A stretch of DNA of 58,677 nt, the filler included, from Sphacelaria rigidula (lineage: Eukaryota), in the NCBI GenBank assembly GCA_964200075.2. It is 7 parts of 7 records of this genome, joined end to end, with 100 filler letters (N's around TTAATTAATTAA, not from the genome) between each part and the next. Parts side by side here need not be neighbours in the genome. Positions count along the whole stretch, not along the records: positions 8,399 to 16,696 come from CAXNAA020011611.1; positions 16,797 to 25,094 come from CAXNAA020011612.1; positions 25,195 to 33,490 come from CAXNAA020011613.1; 4 more parts are not named here. One strand, 5' to 3'. Made by a program: the position numbers and the translations under genes. Below, one piece after another: positions 13,321-25,988 of this stretch; position 1 is the first letter of the stretch; every line of letters begins with the position of its first letter. The notes below the pieces were generated by a model. It was not told the DNA's origin. It ran no database searches and saw nothing but the letters and a program-made list of their open reading frames with translations.

Positions 13321-14494
13321 GTATGAACCGTGGATGTCGCGAGATGGGTAGTGCATCTTTGAGATGATTGGACTAGGTACCGTCTGACCTATTTTTGAAG
13401 TACCAGCTCCGGCAGGGTATCGACAGGGTATAGGTTATTTACCTGTAATTGGCCGTAGTCAGGCGTAACGGTCGTTGGGCAAAGGTTGTCGGGGAGAAAA
13501 TCTGCAGCTGCGCGATGAGGAAGTTTTTTTGCTGTTTATACAATGGAAGTAAGGCCGGTAACCCAACGGCGAAGTAGGTGACCGTGATTATCCTTTTTTC
13601 CCCCGTGTATCTTTGAAAGACATTGGTCGGTTTGATTGCTTTTGAAGCTTGCTATGTCGGCTTCGCGTAGTTGTCTTTGGTTTCTGATTTGTAGAGCGCT
13701 CGAAGGAGGAAGGGCAAAAAGGGGAGCAAAGCACGTATTATGGTGTTGGGTTTGTTTTCTGGCAAATACTTTTGGGAAATTGAAAATGACGCCGAGAAAG
13801 CCGTGTCGTGTGCGAGCAGGTGGATGCAGTTGAGAACTCTCACTAAAAAAGCGACAGCAATTTTCCTGCTAGCTCCTCGTTCAGCCATTTTCTTAGCACG
13901 AGCTGACTGCTTCTTTTCGCTTTTTGATATTCTGTAAAAACATCGAAAATACAAGATGAGACAAAAAGAGGTCATCTTGAGATATCTCGCTTTCTTTGAG
14001 CTCGGAAATGGTTTGTCCAACCATCAAGTAGTTGAATGGTCACGAGTAGCGCAACCATCAACCAGTCAAATGGTACATGTTGGTTTGGTCATTGAACACT
14101 GAAGGCGCGAGCCACCCCCTCCCCAGTAGAGGAGGCCCCGCGGGAGGCGACGTGCCGGAAGCACGTATTAACGCTTGTTGGCTTCACTATCAAAAGAGCC
14201 GTAAAATGATATAAATTTGGGCAAATTTCCACGGGCATAACCGTAGCGCAATTGGCTTCAAATTTCGATTGAAGAGAAAATAGCCCATAATGAACTTCTA
14301 AAAAAAATATAGGACCGTCTTGTCTGGTCTTTCATATTTTGGCAAAAAAAAAGAAGTAGACTTGGAGTACGAGCCATCGATGGTGAAGGCTGGCTGCGAG
14401 CTTGAGACAGGCAACGTGGCAGGGCTTGAAATGGTACCAGTTATTACTGATCATTACAATTATAATTTTGGTGATAATGTTGATGGTTCTATGG

Positions 14495-15230
14495 GAATTT
14501 TGGATAATTATTTAAACTAACATTTACCGTTACCGCTTTTGTAAGCCCCTATTGGCTTTACGTATGCTACACACAGCACACAGCTACAGCAGACAGCACA
14601 CATGCAACAGCAATCCTGGCAGGACACGCTCCAGCGCGCACGGGGACGTAAAGGACATTCCAGAGCGTAAACCCCGCCCACCATGGAGACTATCGGCGAT
14701 GTATTGTACTCGGCTCAGAAAATCGCAGCAGCGACACTACAGATCATGCGGGTGCGAAGGAGCGTGCGCCAGCCTCACCACAGCCACCGGGGAGGACTAC
14801 CGCTCAGGAGGAGGTACATCGACTCAAGACTTGGCACAAGATGAAGCTCACGATGGGAGCCGCTAGGCTATCGCGGTCCCCCTCGTGGGCATCATCTTGT
14901 GCCAAGTCTTTAGTCGGTGTACCTCCTCCTGAGCGGTAGTCCTCCCCGGTGACTGTGGTGGGATTGGCGCAAGCTCTTTCGCACCCGCATGGTCGTGGTG
15001 TCGTTGCTGCGATTTTCTGAGCCGAGTACAATACATCGCCGATGGTCTCCATTGTGGGCGGGATTTGCGTTCCGCAATGTCCTCTACGTCCCTGTGTGCG
15101 CTGGGGCGTGTCCTGCAGCCCAGGACTGCTGCGGCATGTTGTGTACTGTCTGCTGTAGCTGTGTGCTGTATGTAGCATATACGTAGCCGGTAACGGTAAA
15201 TAATGGTTTGAAACCATTATCCAATTTTTT
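14495..15230. repeat. Long imperfect palindrome (~360-bp arms, ~9-bp spacer) in a TrxR intron
   Basis: 14520-14863 is an imperfect reverse complement of 14873-15200, e.g. GGGGAGGACTACCGCTCAGGAGGAGGTACA / TGTACCTCCTCCTGAGCGGTAGTCCTCCCC. Confidence 0.9.
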
Positions 15231-15505
15231 GATGATGACGTTTTTTAACTGATAGCATTTCCGAGCTCTACAAATCATCTTGTCCCAATGATCGAATTAA
15301 TGTGCTACAATAATCGAGTAGACTTTATTTTTGATGTATATATATATATATACGGTGTCTCCACTCATGCTCTTTGTTATGGAAGAGTTTTTTCGTTGCT
15401 GTTTATTCCGGTAAGTGCATTTTCATTTACATATTTTGAACGGGATTGTTTTTCATGGGGCGGGGGCCACGGCGCAACGTTGTGCTTCACATGCACATTT
15501 TTCAG

Positions 15506-15604
15506 GCGGCGCATCGAATGACCCACATCGACGGCGAGGAGGAGGACGACATGCCTGCCATGAACCTGAGCAAGCTTGTGTGCCTTGCCAACGACAACGA
15601 AAAG
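15506..15604 (+). CDS. TRXR: High-Mr thioredoxin reductase, internal exon
   Basis: CAG|...|GTGAAG, 99 bp; AAHRMTHIDGEEEDDMPAMNLSKLVCLANDNEK. Remaining 3' exons lie beyond the contig end. Confidence 0.88.
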
Positions 15605-15751
15605 GTGAAGCGATCTTTGGGTGGAAAAGCAAAGTCAATATTTTTTCATCGTCGAGGGAAGGACGGCCATTTGATGGGGCATGTATTTCTTTCTTGTCCG
15701 CCAGAGGAGCAAAGCCATTGTCTTTATGTGCAAATATCCCCCCCCCCCCCC

Positions 15752-15817
15752 TGCTCCGTCTCGAAAGGGATGCGTGGTCAATGGTCAAACGACTAAGGCA
15801 AGCAACAAATGAGTACG
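15752..15817 (+). mobile_element. Ultra-short LINE 3'-end fragment in a poly(C) tract
   Basis: C14-TGCTCCGTCTCGAAAGGGATGCGTGGTCAATGGTCAAACGACTAAGGCAAGCAACAAATGAGTACG-C11. Confidence 0.8.
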
Positions 15818-15832
15818 CCCCCCCCCCCACTA

Positions 15833-16240
15833 AGGGGAAGAGATATATCAGTAGTCGAGTGGAGGAGGAAGTAGATGTACAGAATTGCCCCTGTGGCGAA
15901 GCAATAGAGAGTAAAATTCACATAGTGGCATGATGCGAACTATGCCAGGAGGAACGGGACGTGCTAGAGGGGGAAATGCGGGATGTGAACGAATAAGGTG
16001 GCATGAAATCGTTTGATGCATTAGACAGTAGGGAGAAAACGATGGCTATACTAGGAGGTAGATGGTGGCCGGAGACGATGAAGCAGGACGGGGACAAGAT
16101 ATGTAGAACTTTTGTATGTAACGCATGGGAGAAACGTAATGAGCGCCGAAACGTTGGAGGTGTCTCTATTAGTAGGCGCTCCGTCTGGAAAGGGATGCGT
16201 GGTCGATGTTAAGACGACTACGACGAGCAACCAATGAGTA
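15833..16240 (+). mobile_element. 5'-truncated LINE copy (C-terminal Zn-knuckle region plus 3' end)
   Basis: Matches 46285-46510; encodes CPCGEAIESKIHIVA*C; flanked by the direct repeat CCCCCCCCACTA. Confidence 0.85.
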
Positions 16241-16263
16241 CCCCCCCCACTATAGCCCCCCAT

Positions 16264-16696
16264 AGCCTGGTCCGGCGAGAACCCGGCATGCTTCGTCCCG
16301 GTTTTGTAGGGGCAGACCCCCGATGGGGTTGGCGTCGGTTGGCGATGACACTAAAACCCGCCACTCACTGTGTAAGTTCGGCAACCAGGTAACCGTTTTT
16401 TGTTGTTGTTGTTGCGGTAACCATGATGGTGGTCGAGCTAGATCATGTTGTGCGGCGTGGGAGAACCTCTACTCCGCACAGTGTGGATGATCGTACTACG
16501 TAGTGTTTAAATGGTGAGACACCCATGAGGCAGTGTATAAACCATGACTGTCCTTGGAAGTGGCGATACCAGAAGATGAAGCAACTCATCGTAGGCTGTC
16601 ATCCAAATGCAAGACAATCAGTACTCTCCGGGCCGAACAATTTTGGCAGGATGCAGCTCACCCTTTATGCGACTCGCCAAACACACCACGGCGCTT
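16264..16696. repeat. Dispersed repeat family (also ~30170-30420 and 33591-33660, inverted)
   Basis: GGAAGTGGCGATACCAGAA...GGCAGGATGCAGCTCAC is the reverse complement of 30260-30367; AGCCTGGTCCGGCGA is shared with 30200 and 33626 in reverse. Confidence 0.65.
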
Positions 16697-16796
16697 NNNN
16701 NNNNNNNNNNNNNNNNNNNNNNNNNNNNNNNNNNNNNNNNTTAATTAATTAANNNNNNNNNNNNNNNNNNNNNNNNNNNNNNNNNNNNNNNNNNNN
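16697..16796. other. Artificial contig linker
   Basis: N-TTAATTAATTAA-N, 100 bp. Confidence 0.97.
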
Positions 16797-17039
16797 GCTA
16801 TACTGAACTACGTCCCGTGGGTTTCATCTGTCCTGTATTCTCTTTATCTTTTGTTATTTCTCTTCTTCCGCATTTTTCTTTCATCATTAGAGGTAAATGT
16901 ACAAATTAAGGTACGCTCAAGACACCTGACGGGGAAAACTCTGGTTCGTGGGAACCACGACACGTAAAACAATGACCAGAGTATCCGGAGGAAGACAATT
17001 TCATCCTCTATAACCCAAGCTTTTCAACATTGGAAAATG

Positions 17040-17700
17040 ATCAAACCAAGTTACAGTAGTGGATGTGGAGTATGGCTCCATCAACGTACAAATGCGGCCA
17101 AAAAAACTATGTTTCTATTACCGTACACTTTACGCAGCAGTTGATTTATCGCGACCTTAGACGTCTCAGACCTTCTCCTCTGGTACAAATGTTTACGAGG
17201 CCTAGACACACTACCGGGCTCAACATGCTGCTTCTAGTGACCGGTGACAAAAATATCTCAACTCACACGTTGCCAACTGAGACAGTTCAACTTGCGCGGA
17301 TCAGTCAAGATACAACGCTACTAACGCCACAAGTGCGGATGTGATATGCCCTCGTTGTGGACTCATAATCTGACATGAAGTCGAAAACACGACATCAATT
17401 ATCGAGGATACAGATTTGGCCTCAAACTCGGCTGTCACATTGTGCTACTCGCATGTGGAGATCGCCATCTTGTCGAGTTTCGTACAGCGAGAAGAGTCTG
17501 CGATCGCCTCTAGGAGTGCAGGATGCAAAGTGTCTTTTAGGCTGGAACAAATACCCACGTCTGGTATTCGAGCTTTCGAAGAGGCATATAATCGGCGATG
17601 TCTTCACCGCAGTGGGTGGCATTGAACCGAAGTTATTGGAGGAGGTAGCTATGGATACGGTAAAAAGTTGAAGGCCAACACAACTTTTGTTTCATGCTTC
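17040..17700 (+). pseudogene. Decayed hAT-like DDE transposase remnant
   Basis: Ordered motif remnants across frameshifts: W...NYVSITVHF, HTTGLN (cf. HTGENI), HTL..L.VQ (cf. CxxHxLxL), PT-WYS (cf. PTRWNS). Confidence 0.45.
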
Positions 17701-18710
17701 ATGGCGTAGGCTCACTACGTGGGATGTGTGAGGAAGAGGGGTATAACGTGAAACACCGGCTACGGGCACGGCTTATTTGCAGAAATTAAAGCGTGCAGGT
17801 CGCGAGTGCCACCAGAGCCAAGCCCACAGTGAACCCCGTTTCAAATATTGTATATACCGAGCAAAAGTTGTGCCGTTTTTTTCCCATATGCACTGCTTTC
17901 TCGCGTATTGGCTGCGGCAGTTGTGAACGGCTGTCATCACATGATCGTACACGCACATGACGGGATTGAGCAATGCTACGAATAGTGTGGGGAGGGTCTG
18001 TAAGCAAGCAAAAGTAGTTGACTGAGTTGGCGTGGTGCTGGAGTACTGACCCAATCGACGAGACCAAAACGAAAGGCACGTACCGGGGGAGATATGGGTT
18101 GGTTCCTTGAGAGAAACCATGGGCTCATCTCGAAGAGGGGAAGGGTTTGACATGTCACAAATTATTATGTGAAAAAATGTATAAAAACTGTAGCGCGACC
18201 GTGAGGGTGACAAAGTGCATCACGAACATTATTCTATTGACACGTGCAAGCCGGCGGTTGATGAATCCAAGTTTGTGATCTGTAGGGTACGGTTCTCTGT
18301 ATGCCAGGGGTAGATTCCCATGTATTCACCGTCCCCAACAATATTTCTTTGACTTCTGTAAGACTTCAATAATGGTACCCGACAGTTTTGAAAACTTTGT
18401 AAGACCTACATACCATCACCCAACAGGTCTGTGAGTTCTGCAAGCCTCCCTTGACGTTATCGGGGGCACGGGTATGATCTTGATAAGATACCCGGTTGCG
18501 GGTACAGTTTTCCGTGCAACCTCCATACCGCCCCCCACAGTTTCTGTAAGTTCCGTCAGCCTCCCACACCCTCACCCGACAGTTCTGTGGGTTCTGTACA
18601 GAACGTATACCCGTATTGGGAACGCGGGTATGCCCTTAAAAGAAATGCCCAATTGCCGGTGCGATATTCTGCAAGCCTCTCATACCAAACCCGACAAGTT
18701 CTGATACTTA

Positions 18711-19260
18711 CAGTAGTGGGCGGTCTAACTATTCAGCGGGATTATGAGGTTTTCCTCGTGTACTACTCTTCGATAGAACTCAAAACTGCTAGCGTCGGTA
18801 GATTTTGGTACAATAAACAGATCGTCCTCGAAACGCAGTGCCCAAGTCAGTGCTACTTGGTGTTATTGGGTGAAACGAGTAAATACCCCGTTCATAAGGA
18901 GGGAGCTATTGACCGTGGAACACAGTTTTCCGGCTCTAGTTCAATGGGTAGGCAGAATTACAACAAAATAAAACTGTACGGTTTTTCAGAAATATGATCG
19001 GGACAGGCTCAATCGACCAAAAATATCGAAGAGTAAGAATGTGGGCTGAAACGTCGCAGGACCCGCAATGACCGGTCAGTCCGTACGTCACTCGATATTG
19101 AGCACAGATGATTGTTTTTTCTTGAAATGCGGAGCGGATATAAAAATCTTGAGATCCCCTATGTGGTAAGCGATGGCAGGCGAAAAGAGCCCAAGAAAAT
19201 CGCCAATTACGGAGAAATCACGAAATACCTCAAAATGAATAGTTAGACCGCCCACTACTG
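18711..19260. mobile_element. Tc1/mariner-type MITE (550 bp)
   Basis: TA|CAGTAGTGGGCGGTCTAACTATTCA ... TGAATAGTTAGACCGCCCACTACTG|TA: perfect 25-bp TIR; second copy at 29168-29718. Confidence 0.92.
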
Positions 19261-19869
19261 TATGTCAGACTACCAAACCAGTACCCGATAGGTCTGTAGT
19301 AGGGTCTATGCGGAGATGAAATTGCGGTCTGGTTCTAAAGTTCAAAGCAAGATGGGACTGTCACCCGATTTCGGTTAAACAACTGGCTTTTAAAGACCCC
19401 ACCAACTATGGTGATGTGGAGATCAAATTTGGGTGTTGGGCTCGGTCTTTCCCATTGGCCAAGAATCTCGAGTCCGCTCGATCTTTACCGGTACGGTGTT
19501 TTGGGAAGCAGATTTGCCCCCAAAGTCCGCAGCAGAAAGACCGTTCTGATTTTCCCTCGGTTTGGTCTTTTAGATGTACATGCTATTGGACGACAAACCC
19601 GAAGGGTTTCCCATCCTCCCGGTACATACCACACCAACTCTATCATCGCGCGTAGGGCGTACACAAGACCATAACGCCGAAAACGATTGGTGTGTCATTG
19701 GTGTTCTCATGAAGGCAGCACAGCAGCATATGTACAAAGAAAGGGTGTTGAGCACAACTTGACACAGACAGCGAGTAGCACGAACAACATGAAACAGACA
19801 TGACGTGTATCCGGCTTGCAGGGAAGTTCAGAGCAGGAGAAGAAAGCAAGCATGCGATACAGCAGGACG

Positions 19870-21770
19870 GGTTTTTCGGTTCACCTCCCACAGATAAGGG
19901 TAACTCGAGGTGAATGAGAAGATTTTCGCGCGAAGCGTGATCATGGCCGAGCGTTCAAAAAGCGGCACTCGGCAAAAGTTGAGGACCCATCTGAAATGAG
20001 GGGGAGAACAATCACATCGGACATGTGCTGTTTCACCGCGCTGCAGCACAAACATACTCACGCTCTCTCTCATGTGCTGTAGCTGTCACTGTGCTGTGGT
20101 GTGTTCGGACCTGTGCGAAGACGGTTTGGTCTCCGCTGGGACTGCGTCAGTTGCCTTACTGTCCCTGCATTTGTCTTTACAGAAAATGAGCGACACTATA
20201 TTTTTCGGCACGCAGTGCTGTATACACACTACTGTCGGTGTTGGCTGTTTCGTCTTAAGTCAAGCGAACAAGGCGCTTCCCACACCCATCATTTCTATGC
20301 TGTAGTTGTCGCTGTACTGTTGTGCATTCAAGCACTCTACGACGAACATGGCATGATGTGCGCTGGAGGGGGCCTGAGCAGTTGTACAGCTGCATGCCGT
20401 GTTTCGGTCTGCACAGAAATGGGGTGGGATCAAGGTGCTGTACACAAAGTTGAAACGATTACGTGACGACTGTGCAGCTGATCTTTGGCAGTTCAGTTGT
20501 AGTCGGGTGCTGTGATCAGAGAAGATACGCAAGGCGGACGCGTGCAGGTTTCGGCATACAAACTCAGCCAGCCCGGAGCTGCTGTATCCCAAGCGGTTGA
20601 CGGTGGCAGCTGTCTGCCTCGATGTCCCATGTGATAGTTCTCTCCCTCATTTCAGAAGGGTCCTCATTTGTTTTAGTTATTTCCCTCATTTTAGATGGGT
20701 CCTCATTTTTTGACGAGTGCCGATTTTCAAACGGTCGGCAATGATCGTGCTTTGCGAAAAACGTTTGCCACTCACCTCGAGTTACCACTACCTGTGGGAG
20801 GTGCAGGGTGAGCCAGATTTTCAGACAGTCGTACAGACGTTCATCACTACTTTCTGACAACGTTGGACAGTGCTGCCCAAGGTCAGCCTCCCGAGCAGTG
20901 CGTGCCCCGGTGTGGTGGACAGTGTTGGAGAATTCGTAAGTGCATAGCGAGTGACGCTTGTAGCTATGCCCGAGAATCCTCGACAGTGGACTACATGAAT
21001 AGAAGTGTACTGCGTACAGTGCAGGAGCGGGAAGACTCTTGCTCCGGTACGCTGTAAACTTTCTTCCGATGTAGGCTATTGGCCAGAATGTCTCGTTGTT
21101 AAGGCCGTGACCTCGGGGGTTGCTCAAGTCTCAGAAGAAGTCAGCAAACTTGATATGTGGCCGCATGTCGTTGTAAGCGCTTTGAGGGTCCAAAACCAAT
21201 CAATCGCCGCTGTGTTTACACACTGCGGTTTACGTTGCTCGTGCTAGTCGCTGTTGTGTACAGTCAGTACTGTCTGTTTGCTGTGCTCCAGTCAGCTCAT
21301 TATCGGCTCACCTCCTACAGATGGGGATAACTCAAAGTGAACAAAACGTATTTCCGCGCGAAGCGCAAATATTGCCCAGCGTTCGAATACCGCCACTCGG
21401 CCGAAATCGAGCCAATTCGAAATCAGGGGAAGAATTACCGCATGGGACATGTCCTGTATCACTGTGCTGCAGCACAAACACTCATGCGCTGTCTCTTGTG
21501 CTGTGGCTGTCGTTGCGCTATGCTGTCGGCAGGCCTTTTTGAAGATGGTTTGGTCTCCTCTGGGACTGACTGCCTGCGTTGCTTTACTACTGTTGTCGTG
21601 TCGTTCGTCTCTTCGGAAAATAATGCTGTCGACACTCAGCGCTCTCTAGACACTGTGGACGCCTTAATGGTGTGTTACCTATTTCGTCTCGAGTCAAACA
21701 AACAAGGCGCTTCCCGGACCCATCTTTTATATGCTGTAGCTGCCGCTGTGCTGTTGTGGGATCTAAGTAC
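19870..21770. repeat. Cluster of related repeats: direct copies ~19870-20330 and ~21300-21770, inverted partial ~20700-20820
   Basis: TCACCTCC(C/T)ACAGAT...TAACTC...CGCGCGAAGCG...CACTCGGC shared; reverse complement at 20708-20800. Confidence 0.65.
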
Positions 21771-21852
21771 CTCGTATTTATGGTCCTTTGGAGGCATCAC
21801 ACTTGGTTTGGGACTGGACACGGATAATACTACACTTTACACTACGACTTAC

Positions 21853-23638
21853 CAGAGAGGTTCGGAAAGAAAAATCTGAACTCAGGGATAACAGCGAGAA
21901 ACGACTGAATTGTTTACGCTTAAACCCCAGGTTTGTTTTTATTTTTCACCACGTAGGTGTGGACCGTGGCAAACGTGTCAGGGTTTTGTATTTTCTGTTC
22001 CGAATGCCACGTGGTCGGTGTCATGAGTTTAAGAGGCACATGTCGCGCCGTGCTTTTCTGTGCTTGTACTCTGCGCCCACCTATGCGGTGTTACCCGTAT
22101 AACGCAAGAGAGTACATACAGAGCCGTGCTACCATAGGTTGGGTGCTTGATTCCAGGGGGAAAAGACTTATAGATGTTTCGGACAATCCGACACACTCGC
22201 CGTGCGCGTGTATTTGGGTAAAATGGCGTCAAGCAGTATGAAAGAGCGTTATTTATCGGCAACACGCCCGTTCTGAAGATCGTTGCTCCTAAAGTCGATT
22301 CGCAGTTGAATTTAGTGGAAGCAACGGCCCACAATACCCCCCGTCCTATCCTAGCATGACTTCAGTTGTTTATGCTGTCACCGTACCGTTGAATACGCGA
22401 CAGCAGTATATTCGACTTAACGGTCGACGAGGGAAAAGGACTGCTGAACCCCTCTCGCGATGAAATATAAAGGCAAGCACCGCAGAAGAAAGGTGAAGTA
22501 CTGAAAACGAACAAAAAATGAAAAACCTCCTGTGTTGGCCTTCCTCCTGTGTGACCCCGGCTGGTGCGCCCACGTATACCACGAGGTGTAGACCGGCGTC
22601 CAAAATAGATGGGACGACAACTCACACACAGTATCGTCAACACAGCCTCTAAATACGGACCCGGCACAGTACATAGCGTTGGGTACAAGGGCAGTGCACC
22701 TCGGCACCCGAAAGTCATTCACAAGTCCTGCACATGTCGATGTGTCGTACAGCACTATTGGTTGGAGACAGCTGAGATTTGTACTGTTGTAGTACTGTTG
22801 TTGCACTGACTGTGCTGTCTGTAGACAGTTTTGTATGTTTCCTGTAGTAAGTGTTGTGTACTGTACTACTGTCTGTAGTAAAAGTGTGAGCATGCCCGTG
22901 TGTGTACGTTTGCATACTATGAGCAACTACAGTAGTTCCCGATGAAGGTTCACTTAACGCAGTAATCCTAGCTGCGTGGAGGCGAACAGGGGAACAGAGA
23001 CACCTGTCGACCTGGCTAAAGATGACGTGGAAGGGCTGAAGTGGGCCACTCATGCAGACGCTACGAGGATCTCGACAAAATGGCCACACAACGGTGGTGT
23101 ACCTGCGCGAGCGAACGCAAGCTTCACGTTGGGTGGCCATTTTGTCAAGTCCTCGTAGCAGCTGCTTGAGCGGCCGACTCCCGCCCTTTCGCATCATCAT
23201 GAGCCAGGTCGACTGGTGTCTTGGCTCCTCCGTTCGCCTGCAAATGCTCCTCGTAGTCTTGGTTCACCCTCGTGAACGGGCTGTCATCACCAGCGCTGTC
23301 GCGGGCGTTCACGGCATTCGCCATCGCCTCACTTACGATATTTGTCCTACGCACGCTACGGCTGTGTTCCGTAAGCTTGATCGTTATTGGGCAGGATGTC
23401 TAGTTCCGTTTCATACCCCTGACTGTGGCATCGATCCTTTGGGGTGTTCAGCAACTCAGGGTTTATTTAAAAATTTGAAAATCAATCCTGAGTTGCTGCA
23501 CATGTCTCTTCTCAGGGTTCAGCTTTCGGGGTTTACCTAGGGGAATTCGTCGTATCCTGGCCTTAAATCCCAACTTTCTCAATAATCCCTGAGTTTTTCC
23601 TTATCCCTGAGTTCTGGTTTGTGTTTCCGAAACTCTCT
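21853..23638. mobile_element. Putative TIR element (hAT-like CAG/TAG ends)
   Basis: CAGAGAGGTTCGGAAA ... TTTCCGAAACTCTCTA, plus subterminal AACTCAGGGATAA / TTATCCCTGAGTT. No matching TSD seen. Confidence 0.45.
22410..22630 (+). mobile_element. 5'-truncated tRNA-SINE copy
   Basis: CGGTCGACGAGGGAAA...CTCTCGCGATGAAA...AAGGCAAGCACCGCAGAAG...GTGACCCCGGCTGGT matches 41438-41640. Confidence 0.75.
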
Positions 23639-25094
23639 ACTGTCTGTTGCCTAGAATTTACCTGGACGCTCCGCAAATATAAAGATAATACTACAGGAGA
23701 AACCCTCACGAGTTTACACCCACCCGCACTCGAGTGCGGACAAAGTCAGCATGTATCAGATTTTTGTAGGTTACGGCATACCTTCGCTCGACTCAGCGGC
23801 AAGAAACAGTGAGCGTGCATCGTTCTGCACGGAACACAGTCTACTGCACGCTACTGGTGTCTCTGCTTAGGGTTCCACAATCCCGCTACAGTGCTATGTT
23901 GGCAACACAAAAGGGGTCAGGCAGGCGGCAAAGACAGGCCACGAGTAGAAGTACGCTGTTTGTGCCCATGTGATTAACGACTTGTGCCAACTTGTGATCA
24001 CAATGATTATCCTGGTCTGCAACAACTTCTGTGCAAACTGAATACACGTCACGTCAATCGCTGTCTGTGTCAACTTCTGCTCAACATGCCATTTCTTTGT
24101 GCATATGGTGCTGTGCTGGCTTCAGGAAATCCCCTGCGACACCATCACCCGTTGATTCGCCATGTTCTTGGCGTGCGCTCTGGTGTTTGCGCGAGCAGCG
24201 AGGTGGCTGGTGTGGTGTATGTTGTTGGGAGGACGGTTACACGTTACACGTCACGCCTGTTGACCGATATCATCTCCTGTTGAAAGTCCAAACCGAGCGA
24301 AACGCAACCATCGGACTCTGGACTGACTTTGGAGTTCGGGGAATTTCAAAGTCCGAGTCCTGACCCGGCATTGGTTTGCACAAACACCGCAATCTCTGTG
24401 AGACTTTCATGCCGGTCCCCAATATTTCTGTGAGCTCTGTAAGGAATCTCATACACTACATAACACGGCCTTGAATTATTTTCCATGCGCGATTGCGGTG
24501 GTGTCAAGCTAACATTCATGAAGAGACTAGGTAAACTTGGGGAACTGAGGAGTCGCCTATACAGATGACCTGCCTGCTTTGCTCGTGCTGCACCAGGCGC
24601 AGTGGTCATGTTTCGTACTATTTTTTTTATTTCATTATTATTATTTGCGCACATTAGTCCGATCTCGCGAATCCGTGGTCACAGACGTGGGCTCGCCTTT
24701 CCAATACCGTCCTTGCTATTTCTTACCAGACATATTACCAAAATAAAGAAGAAATATGAAGAGAGACGCCACGAAAACCGGTGGGAAGTAGCTCCCCCGA
24801 GTTCAACGGGGAGGTAAAAGAAAGAAAAACAAACCTACGAACAACAAACGCCAGATCCGTCAAAAGTGTACACCGAAAGAAAGGAAGAGAGAAGAAAATA
24901 AAGGACAAAAGAGGAAACGACAGGTGACACAAGGAGATTAGTATGGCCACCATGTTAGGGTTTGACTCAAAAACAAAAACAACAACCCCAGGCACCCTCA
25001 TATACGACTGCCGCAGCTGTTCGGAGAAAAGCGGCAGCGAGTGTACTGCTCGAATTGACTACAGATTACTTTTTGGAGGTCCTCGGTCGGCACT

Positions 25095-25194
25095 NNNNNN
25101 NNNNNNNNNNNNNNNNNNNNNNNNNNNNNNNNNNNNNNTTAATTAATTAANNNNNNNNNNNNNNNNNNNNNNNNNNNNNNNNNNNNNNNNNNNN
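25095..25194. other. Artificial contig linker
   Basis: N-TTAATTAATTAA-N, 100 bp. Confidence 0.97.
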
Positions 25195-25258
25195 CGACTT
25201 CACCCCCGCCGTGAAACGTGTCCAGACAACCCCAACAATCACAGAACACCCTCCCAAG

Positions 25259-25294
<36 letters not shown>

Positions 25295-25735
25295 AAAATC
25301 AGCCCAAAAGTGTCACGAAAAAGTGGTCATACTGCGCCTGATGTTTGGGTTAGTCCTCATCTGGGTGACATTGGCGAGAACTAACCCAAGCGTTGGAATT
25401 CCCACCTGCTCATTGTGCTCGGCCTTTTCCATTTCGATTCACGTCAAGGTTTTGCCTCCCCGAACCAGGCACCTTTGGTAGGAGGGCTATCGTACGAAGT
25501 GTCACAACACCGCAGTGGCTAGCTGCATTTCATGAAGGGGTTCATCCTCCGACACAGGAAACTATACCCCACCATCGTTGCAAAACGCTTCCCAGTTCTC
25601 TGTCGTTTTTTTTTCCTTGGTTGACTCCATGAAAAAACAAAGGCAAAACGTCCGACGCTACGGAAACATTTCACTGACGTCACGCCTCGGGAATGAACCC
25701 CCCCCCCGTGTCCCCTGACCGCCCACTTGACTGAC

Positions 25736-25988
25736 CTGCGATAAGAAGATCTGACTGCTTCTTGTGCCTCGAGTACCGCACGCAGAGCACGTCATCCACC
25801 ATCTTCAGGGAGCGCGTGTGCACAAGGCCCAGGTTTCCCGCAGCGACCTCAAAATCCCAGAATTTGACCTCTCGATCGGCGCTGCCCGACACCATACCCT
25901 TGCCGTCTGGTCTCAAGTCAAGGGACCAAATCGCCTTTTCGTGAGCAGCGTAATCCTGAATGATGTCCCCGGATCCCAAATCGATTAT
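25736..25988 (-). CDS. WDR3: WD repeat protein WDR3/UTP12 (DIP2), internal exon
   Basis: AAG|...G|GTCAGT; IIDLGSGDIIQDYAAHEKAIWSLDLRPDGKGMVSGSADREVKFWDFE...LKMVDDVLCVRYS. Confidence 0.92.
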
